A stretch of DNA of 64,000 bases from an archaeon (GTDB lineage: Archaea > Hydrothermarchaeota > Hydrothermarchaeia > JALTZZ01), in assembly GCA_027051165.1 (NCBI GenBank), contig JALTZZ010000011.1, forward strand, positions 5,556 to 69,555. The letters run 5' to 3'. The first letter of the stretch is position 1, and each line of letters starts with the position of its first letter. The translations under genes and the position numbers were made by a program. Under the pieces are notes generated by a model. That model saw nothing but the letters and a program-made list of their open reading frames with translations, had not been told where the DNA came from and ran no database searches. Positions 26,985 to 37,644 of the stretch are shown piece by piece.

Positions 26985-28259
26985 ATGAACGGTATTGGTA
27001 GGTTCAAGCGAGAGCTTACTTCATTGCTGATAACAATGCTTATAGTGTTCCTGTTGATTTCCTCAGCACCGGCGGGAGCTGTAAACCTCAGAGTAACAAT
27101 TCCCAGCACGGTAGAACAAGGAAAATCGCTTGATTTTAATTTAGAAATAGAAATTGCAGCAAATGAAAGAATAAAAATCTCCAATATAACATTTGTTCTA
27201 AACTGTGGTGGAAACGTTTACAATTATACAGTTGATGCTGGTGGTAACTATATAGCTGGCGATGCAGGAATCTTCAGCGTTAATAAAATTGTTGCAGCTC
27301 CACAAGCTACTTATGGCTACGGTTACCTTATCGGATATGGCTATATCTATGGATACGGCTACGGCTACGTGAATTATGGTTATGGCTACGGCTATGGAGC
27401 ACCGTTCACATCATATCTAAACTACAGTGTATCTATAAATACAAGTTCTCTTCCGGTGGGCTCCTGCAATATAGAAATATTTGTGTGGACGGATGGAAAA
27501 GCTTTTTATACTCAAAAGAGCTTTGAAGTGAAAAAGCCAGCAGTTGTAGCACCGCCGGTAGGAGAAATTACACCCGGATCTATAGCAGTAGACAACACCG
27601 TTGATATAGGTATAACATATATACCGAAGGGTGTGGAGGAAGAACTTGCAATACCTGAGGAAAGCACACTATATAGATATATAGAGAAGATAACTTTGAT
27701 TGCGGAGAAATCTTTAGCAGGATTTATAATAAAAGTGAAGCTAATTGAAGAACCGCCAAAAGAGATACCAAAGATAGAGAATGCATACAGATTCTTTGAA
27801 ATAACCTCACCAATAAAAGAAGGATTTAAAGCCAAAATTAAATTCAAAGTAGAAAAGAAGTGGATAGAAGAAAATGATATTGACAAGAACAAAGTTTATA
27901 TGTATAGATACAGAGAAGCATGGGAAAAGCTCGATACGAGGAAAATTGATGAAGATGACGGGTATGTCTATTACGAAGCAGTTACTACAGGATTCAGCTA
28001 CTATGCAATAGCTGGAGAGAAGGTTGTTGCTAAGCCGCCAGAGATTAAGCCACCGGAAGTTAAGCCACCTAAACCGCCAGAAGTCAAGCCTCCGAAACCA
28101 CCGGAAGTTAAGCCACCTAAACCGCCAGAGGAGGTTAAACCACCCGCACCTACACCAGTTCCACCAAAGCCAACATGGGTTAAGTATGCAGTGATAGCAA
28201 TAATAATCGTTGCAATAATAGCAATAATAGCAGTGCTTTATCTTAGAAAGAAAGAGTAA
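26985..28259 (+). CDS. Cell-surface protein: signal peptide, YGYG-repeat domain, PGF-pre-PGF-like domain, Pro-rich stalk, C-terminal anchor
   Basis: YGYGYLIGYGYIYGYGYG; FKVEKKWI...YYEAVTTGFSYYAI; PPEVK repeats; TM followed by RKKE. Confidence 0.8.
   Translation: MNGIGRFKRELTSLLITMLIVFLLISSAPAGAVNLRVTIPSTVEQGKSLDFNLEIEIAANERIKISNITFVLNCGGNVYNYTVDAGGNYIAGDAGIFSVNKIVAAPQATYGYGYLIGYGYIYGYGYGYVNYGYGYGYGAPFTSYLNYSVSINTSSLPVGSCNIEIFVWTDGKAFYTQKSFEVKKPAVVAPPVGEITPGSIAVDNTVDIGITYIPKGVEEELAIPEESTLYRYIEKITLIAEKSLAGFIIKVKLIEEPPKEIPKIENAYRFFEITSPIKEGFKAKIKFKVEKKWIEENDIDKNKVYMYRYREAWEKLDTRKIDEDDGYVYYEAVTTGFSYYAIAGEKVVAKPPEIKPPEVKPPKPPEVKPPKPPEVKPPKPPEEVKPPAPTPVPPKPTWVKYAVIAIIIVAIIAIIAVLYLRKKE
28030..28145 (+). 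repeat. Coding tandem repeat (KPPEVKPP)n
   Basis: Repeated ccaccggaagttaagccacctaaaccgccag units. Confidence 0.8.
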
Positions 28260-28298
28260 TTAAATTTTAATTTTTTATTTTTTTAATGTATTAAATTT

Positions 28299-28574
28299 TT
28301 AATCTAATTCTAAAAGTTCGTTGATTATTTCAACCAATTTTCTCCCTTTTTCTGTTAAAAAATAAAATTCACCATCCTTGCTTATAAGATTAATTTTGGT
28401 GAGTATCTTTAAATGGCGATTGAGAATTCCAGGATTCAGCTGCGTTGAAAACATAAGCTCAGAAAACCTACTCGGTTTTTTATCTAATTCATTAAGAATT
28501 TCTTTAACACCGCTACGTGCAATTATCTTAAGGAACTCTGTGGTGTATTTTTCATCAACATCGTTGCTGATCAT
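28299..28574 (-). CDS. HxlR-like winged-HTH protein
   Basis: RFSEL...LNRHLKIL...YFLTEKG. Confidence 0.75.
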   Translation of the reverse strand: MISNDVDEKYTTEFLKIIARSGVKEILNELDKKPSRFSELMFSTQLNPGILNRHLKILTKINLISKDGEFYFLTEKGRKLVEIINELLELD

Positions 28575-28646
28575 ATCTTTTTTAATTAAATATATACCCT
28601 TTAAAAATTTTATTTTACGATTTTCAAATCAAAAAATGTAACAAAT

Positions 28647-28952
28647 TTATAGGTCGTCAAGTATTACCTTTTCCATTCTTATCTTAGAAGAAGCTTTATA
28701 TGAGTTTATTTCAACATCAATATCCTCACCCATCAGCTTTTTTTCTATTAAAAGCTCTAAAAATTTTCCATCTTTAACAAGGTTGCACGCTTTTTCGAAG
28801 AGCTTGTGAGCATTGTCTGCGTTTTCTGTTGTGCAGCTAAAGTAGTAGGAGTAGGGTGTAATGATTATAATTTCAAACGTATTCGGATATCTGTGAAGCT
28901 CAACTTCCCAACGATCACCAGCGAACTCTATATCACATCTTTTAACTATCAT
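28647..28952 (-). CDS. Hypothetical protein
   Basis: ORF coupled (ATGA) to the upstream YHS gene; host-like composition. Confidence 0.55.
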   Translation of the reverse strand: MIVKRCDIEFAGDRWEVELHRYPNTFEIIIITPYSYYFSCTTENADNAHKLFEKACNLVKDGKFLELLIEKKLMGEDIDVEINSYKASSKIRMEKVILDDL

Positions 28953-29113
28953 ACAGGCATGCCCTTTGGTCCTTCTTTTAAATATTTTTCAGCATCTCTC
29001 TTAAACTCCTCTAAGCAGTGCTTACAGCAAAAGTAATAAACCTTTCCTTTATAATAATATTTAAAATTTGTATTTTCATCAACTTCCATGCCACACACAG
29101 GGTCTTTAGCCAT
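28949..29113 (-). CDS. YHS-domain protein (54 aa, not in ORF track)
   Basis: MAKDPVCGMEVDENTNFKYYYKGKVYYFCCKHCLEEFKRDAEKYL. Confidence 0.88.
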   Translation of the reverse strand: MAKDPVCGMEVDENTNFKYYYKGKVYYFCCKHCLEEFKRDAEKYLKEGPKGMPV

Positions 29114-29435
29114 GATTTTCACCACCTAAGAGAATTTTAAGAGAATTAACCACATCATCTTTTCTTATATATCCAGAAAGTCTTGATACCTCTCTACCCT
29201 TCTTAAAGAAGATTATCGTGGGAACGGATGTAATGCCATACTTTTCTGCAACGTCTGGATTTTTATCAACGTCTATTTTAAAGAATTTTATATTTTTATA
29301 TTTTACTGATACATTTATCATCGTTGGCTTAATTTTTTTGCATGGTGCACACTTAGGGTTTGAAAACCATAAAACATAGTTTTCTATCTTGTTCAAATCA
29401 TTTATGTTTCTTAATTCTTCAATCATAAGAATCAC
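29106..29435 (-). CDS. Thioredoxin
   Basis: CAPC, KIDVD, SVPT. Confidence 0.88.
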   Translation of the reverse strand: MILMIEELRNINDLNKIENYVLWFSNPKCAPCKKIKPTMINVSVKYKNIKFFKIDVDKNPDVAEKYGITSVPTIIFFKKGREVSRLSGYIRKDDVVNSLKILLGGENHG

Positions 29436-30260
29436 CTACCTTAAGCCAGCAAACAGCTTTAAATATTCTTTTTCCATAAAGTGGAGATTTCCCGGTATAA
29501 TCAGGCAGTGCGGCGGTTTTCCGAAATCTTCATTAACAAGTTCTCCAACAGCTCCAGCCCTAACAACCTCGTCATCATAGCCTATTCTTGCAAGAACAAT
29601 ACACAGCGTATCTTCCGTAAATATTCTCTCTTTTCTCTTTTTTTCTATTTTTAAAAGGATTTCCATTGCTTCATTAGCGGTCATCATTCTTTTTTCATTT
29701 TTATCGATTTTCAAATCGAGAAATAAGAGTGTATGCAACCCCCTTGATATATTCTCCTTTAAAACGTTATATGGGGTTTCTGGAATAACATCTTTATAAG
29801 GAAAGGCTACTGTTGCGCTTGCACCAAATTTGTAGTTGTGCAAACCGCTTTTTCCTATTGCAGCTGACAATATGCTTGCATTGTGAACCACAACAGTTTT
29901 TATACCATTTTTTTGTGCTTCCATCCTTAAAACTGCATGGGTTGTTGCAATAAGCGGATCTCCACCAACAAGAATTGAAACAACTTTCTTTTTAGCTTCT
30001 TCTATAATTTTAGATAAGTTTTCTTCTAAATCCTTTCTTTCAAGAAAAATAATCTTTTTTCCAATAAGCTTTTCGAGTTCTTGAGATTCAACATCAACAA
30101 CGCTTGTATAAAGCTCTGCATAAACAACATCACTGTTCTTAGCTTCTTTAAGTCCCCTCAGTGTTATATAGTCCTTACCTAAGCCGAGCCCTATAAGCTT
30201 GAGCATAATAGAAGGGTTTATATTCTTCTTAATAAAAATAATTTTCAATGAGCGTAACAA
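29436..30260 (-). CDS. dph5: Diphthine synthase (likely start 30206)
   Basis: IGLGL, ELYTS, GDPLIATTH, YKFG, HTLLFLD, FGKPPHCLIIPG. Confidence 0.95.
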   Translation of the reverse strand: MLRSLKIIFIKKNINPSIMLKLIGLGLGKDYITLRGLKEAKNSDVVYAELYTSVVDVESQELEKLIGKKIIFLERKDLEENLSKIIEEAKKKVVSILVGGDPLIATTHAVLRMEAQKNGIKTVVVHNASILSAAIGKSGLHNYKFGASATVAFPYKDVIPETPYNVLKENISRGLHTLLFLDLKIDKNEKRMMTANEAMEILLKIEKKRKERIFTEDTLCIVLARIGYDDEVVRAGAVGELVNEDFGKPPHCLIIPGNLHFMEKEYLKLFAGLR

Positions 30261-31132
30261 GGGAAGTTATAAAAACTGCAGTATCTCTTTCAAAAAAACT
30301 TAAAGCAAAGGCATTGATTATTTTAACTGAGACTGGAGAATCTTATGAAATATTAAAGAAATTAAAGCCAAATATAAAGGTAATTGTCGCAACTCCAAAT
30401 ATGGAGATATACGAAAGCATAAGCAAGATAAAGGATAAAAATACGCATTTAATAAAGCTTTTCAATAGATCTTTTTCTATTCAAAAAGAACTCAAGGAAA
30501 TAATTTCAATTGCTCTTGACCACGAAATATTGAATGAAAACGATATTGTTGTAGCCGTTGGCTCAACGCTCTCAAAAGAGGCAAATTCTTTGTTTGTTTT
30601 TAAAGTAAAAAGAGAAGACACAGATTTTTCTTTCTACAGAATTATAAAAAGCAGTAATATCAAGTCTGGTGTTTTAGAAAAGGTGCTGGAAATAGCACTT
30701 GAAATAGGGATGGAGGGTAGAGAAGGCAAGCATATAGGAACTGCCTTTATTGTTGGTGATTCTGAAAATGTCCTAAAAAGAACAAAACAGCTTATACTTA
30801 ATCCATTTGCTGGGCACGAAAAAGAAAAAAGGCTTATAACGAATCCTGATATAAAAGAAACAGTAAAATCTCTTGCACAGCTTGACGGTGTATTTATAAT
30901 AAGTGAAGAGGGAGAAATACTTACCGCTGGTGCATATTTAAATGTTGATACGAGCAGGGTAGATATTCCTCATGGCTTGGGAGCAAGGCATGCGGCAGTT
31001 GCCGCAATAACTAAGGAGACAAATGCAATAGGCGTTTGCGTTTCTCAGAGCGGCGGCATAGTTAGAGTATTTAAAGATGGAAAAATCGTTCTCGCCATAG
31101 AACCTCAGAAGAGGTATAGACTTCTCGGCTAA
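30248..31132 (+). CDS. dacZ: Diadenylate cyclase (PK-C-like domain plus DAC domain)
   Basis: EGREGKHIGT, LAQLDGVF, GLGARH, VSQSGG. Confidence 0.85.
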   Translation: MSVTREVIKTAVSLSKKLKAKALIILTETGESYEILKKLKPNIKVIVATPNMEIYESISKIKDKNTHLIKLFNRSFSIQKELKEIISIALDHEILNENDIVVAVGSTLSKEANSLFVFKVKREDTDFSFYRIIKSSNIKSGVLEKVLEIALEIGMEGREGKHIGTAFIVGDSENVLKRTKQLILNPFAGHEKEKRLITNPDIKETVKSLAQLDGVFIISEEGEILTAGAYLNVDTSRVDIPHGLGARHAAVAAITKETNAIGVCVSQSGGIVRVFKDGKIVLAIEPQKRYRLLG

Positions 31133-31157
31133 GTTTTAATAAAAAATAATTAAAGAA

Positions 31158-31811
31158 TTAAGCCATAGCTCTTCCCCTCTTCTCTATCATTGACTTAATC
31201 CTCTTAAGCCTGAAGAAGCTTTCTCTCTCCATTTCGTCGAGCCTCATCTTTATATATTTAACTGTAGCCCTAAGTCTTGGAAGGATTATATTCTCTAAGG
31301 AGTTTACTCTCCTTTTTGTTTTCTCAATTTCTTCCGCAAGAAGATATATTGCTCTTTCAATTTCTGCGAGCTTAACAACAGCATCAAGGGCTTTTTCAAA
31401 TTTCCTGCATGCATCATCGAGGAGTATTGAGGTATCGCTCAATCCATATCCCCTATCTAAAATTGTTGTTTCTGGGTCTTCAACCTCAAGAACCGGGACT
31501 CTAACCCCCATAATGCTTCTTGAGAAGAATTCAAGCTTAGCTTCTTTTCTTATTGAATAGCTTGCCTCAACAACCTTCTGAGTGCCTACATAGGCTTCGG
31601 CAGTTATAAGGGCTTTGTAAGCTTCCATAAGCTTTTCTTCAGCAACCTTTCTTGCATTTTTTGCCTCTTCGAGGATGTTGAAGAATTCCATAATGAGAGC
31701 ATCTCTCTTTTCTTTAAGGAGCTTGTGTCCTTTTTCAGCTAATTTAACACGCTTCTTTAATCTGAGAAGTTCCATTCTTGTCGGATTTATTCCTTCAATT
31801 CTTTCTACCAT
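31158..31811 (-). CDS. atpD: A-type ATP synthase subunit D
   Basis: NPTRMEL, GHKLLKEKRDAL, TKRRVNSLE. Confidence 0.95.
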   Translation of the reverse strand: MVERIEGINPTRMELLRLKKRVKLAEKGHKLLKEKRDALIMEFFNILEEAKNARKVAEEKLMEAYKALITAEAYVGTQKVVEASYSIRKEAKLEFFSRSIMGVRVPVLEVEDPETTILDRGYGLSDTSILLDDACRKFEKALDAVVKLAEIERAIYLLAEEIEKTKRRVNSLENIILPRLRATVKYIKMRLDEMERESFFRLKRIKSMIEKRGRAMA

Positions 31812-31838
31812 GAAATCACCTCAAAAATAAAAATAGAA

Positions 31839-33227
31839 TTATTTTTGCTTGTATTTTGGATGATACTTCTCAATGAACTCCCTTTTAACCTTCTTAAGCT
31901 CTGTTTCGGGAAGCATGCTTAGGAGATCCCATCCTATATCCAAGGTTTGCTCAACGCTCCTCTCCTCATACTCACCCTGTGCAATGAACTTCCTTTCGAA
32001 CTCGTCGGCAAACTTTAGATAGAGCTTATCTCTATCCGTCAACGCTTCCTCACCGACTACAGCTACTAAATCTCTTAAATCTCTTCCCTCAGCGTATGCT
32101 GCATAGAGCTGGTCGCTAACGTTTGCATGGTCTTCTCTTGTTCTTCCCTTCCCTATACCGCTCTTCATGAGTCTACTTAAGCTTGGAAGCGGGTCTATAG
32201 GCGGATATATACCCTTTCTGTGAAGCTCCCTGCTGAGAACTATCTGCCCCTCGGTTATGTAGCCCGTAAGGTCTGGTATCGGATGCGTTATGTCGTCATC
32301 TGGCATTGTAAGTATTGGCATCTGAGTTATGCTTCCTTTTTTGCCCCTAACCCTGCCAGCACGCTCGTATATTGTTGCAAGGTCTGTATACATGTAACCA
32401 GGGTAGCCTCTTCTTCCCGGAACCTCGCCGCGAGCAGCACTTATCTCTCTAAGAGCTTCACAGTAGTTCGTTAGGTCTGTTGTTATAACGAGAACGTGCA
32501 TATTGTGCTCAAAGGCAAGGTATTCCGCTGTAGTTAGTGCAAGCCTCGGTGTCATTATTCTCTCTATAGCAGGGTCGTTTGCAAGATTTATGAACGCAAC
32601 GACCCTTTCTAAGGCTCCAGTTCTCTCGAAATCTTTTATAAAGAAGCTTGCTTCCTCGTATGTAATACCCATTGCTGCAAAGACTACTGCAAACTCCTCT
32701 TCTTCACCGAGAACCTTAGCCTGTCTCGCTATCTGTGCAGCAATCTTGTTGTGCGGCAAACCGCTACCGCTGAATATCGGCAGCTTCTGCCCCCTAACAA
32801 GGGTGTTCATTCCGTCTATAACGCTTATACCGGTTTGTATGAAGTCCCTCGGATACTCTCTTATAGCTGGGTTTAGAGGTGCACCGTGAATGTCCCTCTT
32901 CTCCTCTGGAATTATTTTTGGACCCTTATCTATGGGCTCGCCTCTTCCGTTGAATATCCTTCCAAGCATGTCTATGCTCACACCAAGCTTAACAGTTTCC
33001 CCGGTAAACCTTACCTTAGTGCTCTTGTTGTCCAAACCTCTCGTTCCTTCAAAGACCTGAACTACAGCCCTATTACCGGTAACCTCTAAAACCTGACCTC
33101 TTCTTTTCTCTCCGTAAGCTGTTTCTATTTCTACTACCTCGCCATAGGCTACTCCTTCTATTCCTTCAACGATCATTAAGGGTCCAGATATCTCGCTTAT
33201 TGTTGTGTATTCTTTAATAGCCTGCAT
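31839..33227 (-). CDS. atpB: A-type ATP synthase subunit B
   Basis: [29 protein letters not shown]. Confidence 0.97.
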   Translation of the reverse strand: MQAIKEYTTISEISGPLMIVEGIEGVAYGEVVEIETAYGEKRRGQVLEVTGNRAVVQVFEGTRGLDNKSTKVRFTGETVKLGVSIDMLGRIFNGRGEPIDKGPKIIPEEKRDIHGAPLNPAIREYPRDFIQTGISVIDGMNTLVRGQKLPIFSGSGLPHNKIAAQIARQAKVLGEEEEFAVVFAAMGITYEEASFFIKDFERTGALERVVAFINLANDPAIERIMTPRLALTTAEYLAFEHNMHVLVITTDLTNYCEALREISAARGEVPGRRGYPGYMYTDLATIYERAGRVRGKKGSITQMPILTMPDDDITHPIPDLTGYITEGQIVLSRELHRKGIYPPIDPLPSLSRLMKSGIGKGRTREDHANVSDQLYAAYAEGRDLRDLVAVVGEEALTDRDKLYLKFADEFERKFIAQGEYEERSVEQTLDIGWDLLSMLPETELKKVKREFIEKYHPKYKQK

Positions 33228-33233
33228 GATAGA

Positions 33234-34991
33234 TCACCCTAAAACACTCTTAAATTCTTCATCCATTACTTCCATAATCTTCTTTATTGCATCATCAAGC
33301 TCCTCATCCTTAACTTCTTTTAACCTCGCTATGAGCTCTCTAACCTTAAACTGAATTATCTTTTTAACGCTTACACCCTTGCTTACTGCATGCATTCCCC
33401 TTCTATAGAATTCCATTATAACCTTGAGCATCTTATACTGCTTCTGGGGTGAGCAGTATGTATCAATCTCGTGGAATGCATTCTGCTGCAGGAAATCTTC
33501 TCTTATCATTCTTGCACCTTCGAGGATCATCCTCTCCCTTTCCGGCAAGGCATCTGGACCTACAAGCTGAACTATTTCCTGAAGCTCAGCCTCCTTTTGC
33601 AGGAGCTCCATAGCCTCTCTTCTAAGCTCATACCAATCGCTTGCTATGTTTCTGTGCCACCAGTCTTTAACATCCTCTACGTAAAGGCTATAGCTTCTAA
33701 GCCAGTTTACAGCTGGGAAGTGCCTTCTGTGAGCAAGCTTTGCATCCAACCCCCAGAACACCTTAACAATCCTCAACGTATTCTGGGTAACGGGCTCGCT
33801 GAAATCTCCACCCGGTGGAGAGACTGCTCCTACAACCGTTACTGTTCCTATCCTTCCGTTTTTACCGAGCGTTACCACTTTTCCAGCCCTCTCATAGAAC
33901 TCAGCTAATCTGCTTGCTAAGTATGCTGGATAACCTTCTTCACCTGGCATCTCCTCAAGCCTACCGCTTATTTCTCTCATCGCTTCCGCCCATCTACTCG
34001 TAGAGTCTGCCATTAGTGCAACGTTGTAGCCCATATCTCTATAATACTCCGCCAACGTAATGCCGGTGTATATGCTTGCTTCTCTCGCAGCTACAGGCAT
34101 GTTGCTCGTGTTAGCTATCAGTATCGTTCTCTCCATAAGGGGCTTGCCGGTGTATGGGTCTTTTAGGTGAGGGAACTCCTCAAGAACCTCTGTCATCTCG
34201 TTTCCTCTTTCACCGCAGCCTATGTAGATGAACACCTGAGCATCACTCCACTTTGCAAGCTGATGACCAAGAACAGTCTTTCCTCCTCCAAAAGGCCCGG
34301 GTATGCTTGCAGTTCCTCCTTTTGCAACTGGGAAGAACGTATCTAAAACGCGCTGCCCTGTTATTAACGGCTCGTTTACATCTATCTTCTCTTTATATGG
34401 TCTCGGCTTTCTTACAGGCCAGCGCTGAAGCATTTTTATTTCTTTTTCTCCTTCCTTAGTTTTTATAACTGCTACCGGCTCTTCCACAGTATATTTTCCT
34501 TCGTTTATTTCAACTACTTCGCCATTTATTCCGGGAGGAACCATTATCTTATGAACAACAAGCTCTGTTTCTTGCACCTCACCAATTATATCTCCTTCAA
34601 CAACCTCATCTCCCTTCTTCACAGTTGGTTTAAACTCCCACTTCTTCTTTTTATCTATGGCATCTGCCTCTATACCTCTTCTTATAAAAATACCGCTCTT
34701 TTCCTTGATCACTTCAAGGGGTCTCTGTATTCCGTCATACATCTGCTTCAGTATTCCCGGACCAAGTTCAACGCTGAGCGGCATTCCAGTTCCTATAACA
34801 TCCTCTCCCGGCTTTAAGCCGGCTGTTTCTTCGTAAACCTGAATTGTAGCTCTATCTCCCGTTATTCTTATTATCTCACCGATGAGCCTTTCTTCACCAA
34901 CCCTAACTACCTCATACATCTGCGAACCTTTCATCCCATCTGCTACAACTACTGGTCCTGCGATTTTAACGATTTTTCCTTTTGATACCAT
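33234..34991 (-). CDS. atpA: A-type ATP synthase subunit A (no intein)
   Basis: [25 protein letters not shown]. Confidence 0.97.
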   Translation of the reverse strand: MVSKGKIVKIAGPVVVADGMKGSQMYEVVRVGEERLIGEIIRITGDRATIQVYEETAGLKPGEDVIGTGMPLSVELGPGILKQMYDGIQRPLEVIKEKSGIFIRRGIEADAIDKKKKWEFKPTVKKGDEVVEGDIIGEVQETELVVHKIMVPPGINGEVVEINEGKYTVEEPVAVIKTKEGEKEIKMLQRWPVRKPRPYKEKIDVNEPLITGQRVLDTFFPVAKGGTASIPGPFGGGKTVLGHQLAKWSDAQVFIYIGCGERGNEMTEVLEEFPHLKDPYTGKPLMERTILIANTSNMPVAAREASIYTGITLAEYYRDMGYNVALMADSTSRWAEAMREISGRLEEMPGEEGYPAYLASRLAEFYERAGKVVTLGKNGRIGTVTVVGAVSPPGGDFSEPVTQNTLRIVKVFWGLDAKLAHRRHFPAVNWLRSYSLYVEDVKDWWHRNIASDWYELRREAMELLQKEAELQEIVQLVGPDALPERERMILEGARMIREDFLQQNAFHEIDTYCSPQKQYKMLKVIMEFYRRGMHAVSKGVSVKKIIQFKVRELIARLKEVKDEELDDAIKKIMEVMDEEFKSVLG

Positions 34992-35315
34992 TTATTCACC
35001 CCCAAGCTTTATTTCTATACCAACTGCCTTTCTTGTAAGCTCTTTGATAACATCAACGCGCTCTATTGCGCCTTTCTTGTCTGGGATATCTACTATTAGG
35101 GGTTTTTCTCTACCCTCAAGCAGTGCTTCTACATCTTTTCTTATATCCATCATGAACCTCTCGTTTATTATTATAAGACCTATTTCATTATTTTTTATAA
35201 GCTCCTCTATTTTTTTCAGGGCTTCTTTCGAGTTTTCTACAACATATCCTTCTTTAACACCAGCGAGTCTGAAGCCTACAACGGTCTCCAAATCACCTAT
35301 TGTTACAATCCTCAT
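34992..35315 (-). CDS. atpF: A-type ATP synthase subunit F
   Basis: IGDLETVVGFRLAGV, KAVGIEI. Confidence 0.93.
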   Translation of the reverse strand: MRIVTIGDLETVVGFRLAGVKEGYVVENSKEALKKIEELIKNNEIGLIIINERFMMDIRKDVEALLEGREKPLIVDIPDKKGAIERVDVIKELTRKAVGIEIKLGGE

Positions 35316-36301
35316 GCTATCCCTCTCAGATGTTCTTTGATTTCCTCCACACTAAAGTTCTCTTGCTTAAGTTTTACAATCGTCCTTAAATTCGAAACCT
35401 CAAACTCTTTAAGATACATGTAGGCAACTATAGGAGCCAAGCCAAATGGAACTTTTATTATTATTTCATAAGCCTTTTCGTAAAGAAAGTCATCAAGTTT
35501 TATTTCAAAAGGAATCATGCTTCTTTTTTCATTATACTTAGAGATTGCATCAACAACATACGTATAGTAGGATGTCCCCTCTAAGCTTGTAACCATTCTA
35601 TCTAAAGTTCCACCACTTACAATTTCCTCAAATACCCACGGAGAAAGCTCATAACCGTTTGGAAGAGGCTTAAATCCTTCTCTTATACCGTCTAATACAT
35701 ATCTTATTGCCATTTTTATATTTTTTATGTCAACCTCCCTACCTAAAATTTCTCTAAGATCATTTTCATCCTTAGGTATAGACATGAAGAGGTTTTTATA
35801 ATAAATATTGTCGAGGGAATGTTCTATAACATAGAGATTCTTTGTTCTCTTGAATTCTTCATATTCTGGCGATAAATTGAACATTGTTACTACATCTTCA
35901 ATCCCGTCTACATCATCAAAAAAGCGGTGATGCTGCCTCGGTATCATTTCCAAGATTTCATCTTTTCTTAAACCAAAGTATATTCCTCTAATAAAAGTCT
36001 TTATACTTTCTATTTCATACCTTTTTATAAAATTATTAAAGAAGTTTATTCCTACACTCGGCATGCTTAGCCTTATTTTTTCTGCAGCGGAAATAATATT
36101 TTCTCTAAGCCTTTTTTCAAATTCTATAAGATCATTTCCAAGAATCCTACTGTACTCCGTATCTTCAAGCATGTTTGCTATTGCAACTAAGCTTGTCTGC
36201 TCTAAGAGCTCCATAAGCTTCTTTTTACCTAAAAGCTTGCTCTGCATTGCTCGAACCTTAGCATTTATATATGCATATCTGATCGCTCGTAGGGCACTCA
36301 T
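35312..36301 (-). CDS. atpC: A-type ATP synthase subunit C
   Basis: YAYINAKVRAM, KEFEVSNLR; operon position. Confidence 0.9.
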   Translation of the reverse strand: MSALRAIRYAYINAKVRAMQSKLLGKKKLMELLEQTSLVAIANMLEDTEYSRILGNDLIEFEKRLRENIISAAEKIRLSMPSVGINFFNNFIKRYEIESIKTFIRGIYFGLRKDEILEMIPRQHHRFFDDVDGIEDVVTMFNLSPEYEEFKRTKNLYVIEHSLDNIYYKNLFMSIPKDENDLREILGREVDIKNIKMAIRYVLDGIREGFKPLPNGYELSPWVFEEIVSGGTLDRMVTSLEGTSYYTYVVDAISKYNEKRSMIPFEIKLDDFLYEKAYEIIIKVPFGLAPIVAYMYLKEFEVSNLRTIVKLKQENFSVEEIKEHLRGIA

Positions 36302-36305
36302 ACAA

Positions 36306-36887
36306 TCACCCGAAGAGCTCCTTAGCCACCTTTATCCTTAATTCATCCATCTTTCTTTCCAATATTCTTTCGAATCTATTGTCAATTATAAGGCTTTCAT
36401 CGGGACTCTCTACAACAACACCCATAGAATCGAGCTCTTCAGAGATCTCTGCCTTTATATCAAGCTCTTTTATGATATCTTCCACAAGACCCCTATCTTC
36501 TTTTCTTACTTTGATTCTTACATCTTTACTACCGAGGACTTCTACACTTGATTTTATAAGCCTTTTAAGTGTGTTTTTATAGTTATCGGCTTCTACATTT
36601 TTTATTTTTTCAAGTGCTTTATCAAAAACCTCTTTTATAATACCTTCCTTAGTTTCCTCTATTTTTCTTTTTGCACTGAGCTTAGCACTTGCTAAAATTC
36701 TCTGTTTCTCAGCCTTGGCACTGTCCCTCCCCCTTGCAAGTATCCTCTCCCTTAGAAGTTCAGCCTCTCTTTTTGCGTTATCTATAATTTTCTTTGCCTC
36801 TTCTTCTGCTTCTCTAATTATTTTATTAGCTTCTTCTTCCGCCTCACTTTTTATCTTTGATATTATTGAATTTAATTTTTCTTCCAT
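36306..36887 (-). CDS. atpE: A-type ATP synthase subunit E
   Basis: Coiled-coil N-terminus, IDNRFE, VAKELFG. Confidence 0.9.
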   Translation of the reverse strand: MEEKLNSIISKIKSEAEEEANKIIREAEEEAKKIIDNAKREAELLRERILARGRDSAKAEKQRILASAKLSAKRKIEETKEGIIKEVFDKALEKIKNVEADNYKNTLKRLIKSSVEVLGSKDVRIKVRKEDRGLVEDIIKELDIKAEISEELDSMGVVVESPDESLIIDNRFERILERKMDELRIKVAKELFG

Positions 36888-36921
36888 TTTACCACCCTAA
36901 AACTTAAAAAATAAACTAAAT

Positions 36922-37641
36922 TTATCCGAGCATTTTTACACCCAATAGTATTAACACTGCCCCCAGCAAGCCGAATATAGCGAAGGTTTCGCTCATTACG
37001 CTGAATACCATGTTCTTACCCATGGTCTCCGGTCTTCTTGCAATACTCGCAACACCACCGGCAGCTGTTATACCCTGCCCTATGGCGCTAAATCCAGCAA
37101 ATCCCACACTAAATCCGGCACCAACAGCAGCTAATCCCATAGTCATTGTTATTTCCTTGGGAACTCCTCCAAAAAGTCCTGCACCAGCCATTATGAGTAT
37201 AGCCACAAGTAAGCCATATATAGCCTGTGTTTCTGGAAGAACGCTAAACACCATACCTCTGCCAAACATTTCCGGCTTTTCGCTTGTAACACCTATTCCG
37301 CTTGAAGTGACGATCCCCTGACCTACTGCGCTCAATCCAGCCAATCCCGTAGCTAAACCTGCTCCAAGAGCTGCCCAACCCAGAGGTTCGCTGAGCTCCT
37401 TAGCTCCTCCGCCAAGCATTCCAGCACCGAGCATTATAAGAATTCCTATAAGCAAGCCGTATATTGCTTGTGTCTGTGGAAGAGCCTGAAACACAAGTGC
37501 AGTTCCGAACTTTTCTGGTCTTTCGCTTATAACACCCGCTCCAGCTGCTCCAGCAATACCCACACCTATACCAGAGCCTATACCGCTAAGCCCTATAGCT
37601 AATCCAGCACCTATTGCCGCTAATGCTAAAGGATCAACCAA
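36922..37641 (-). CDS. atpK: A-type ATP synthase proteolipid subunit K/c, triplicated hairpin
   Basis: Three hairpins ending LPQTQAIY, LPETQAIY and MSETFAIF. Confidence 0.93.
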   Translation of the reverse strand: MVDPLALAAIGAGLAIGLSGIGSGIGVGIAGAAGAGVISERPEKFGTALVFQALPQTQAIYGLLIGILIMLGAGMLGGGAKELSEPLGWAALGAGLATGLAGLSAVGQGIVTSSGIGVTSEKPEMFGRGMVFSVLPETQAIYGLLVAILIMAGAGLFGGVPKEITMTMGLAAVGAGFSVGFAGFSAIGQGITAAGGVASIARRPETMGKNMVFSVMSETFAIFGLLGAVLILLGVKMLG

Positions 37642-37644
37642 ATT

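Noticed and set aside
28030-28145. CRISPR-like repeats
   Set aside because: In-frame Pro-rich coding repeats with no spacers; no CRISPR array or cas gene seen in the window
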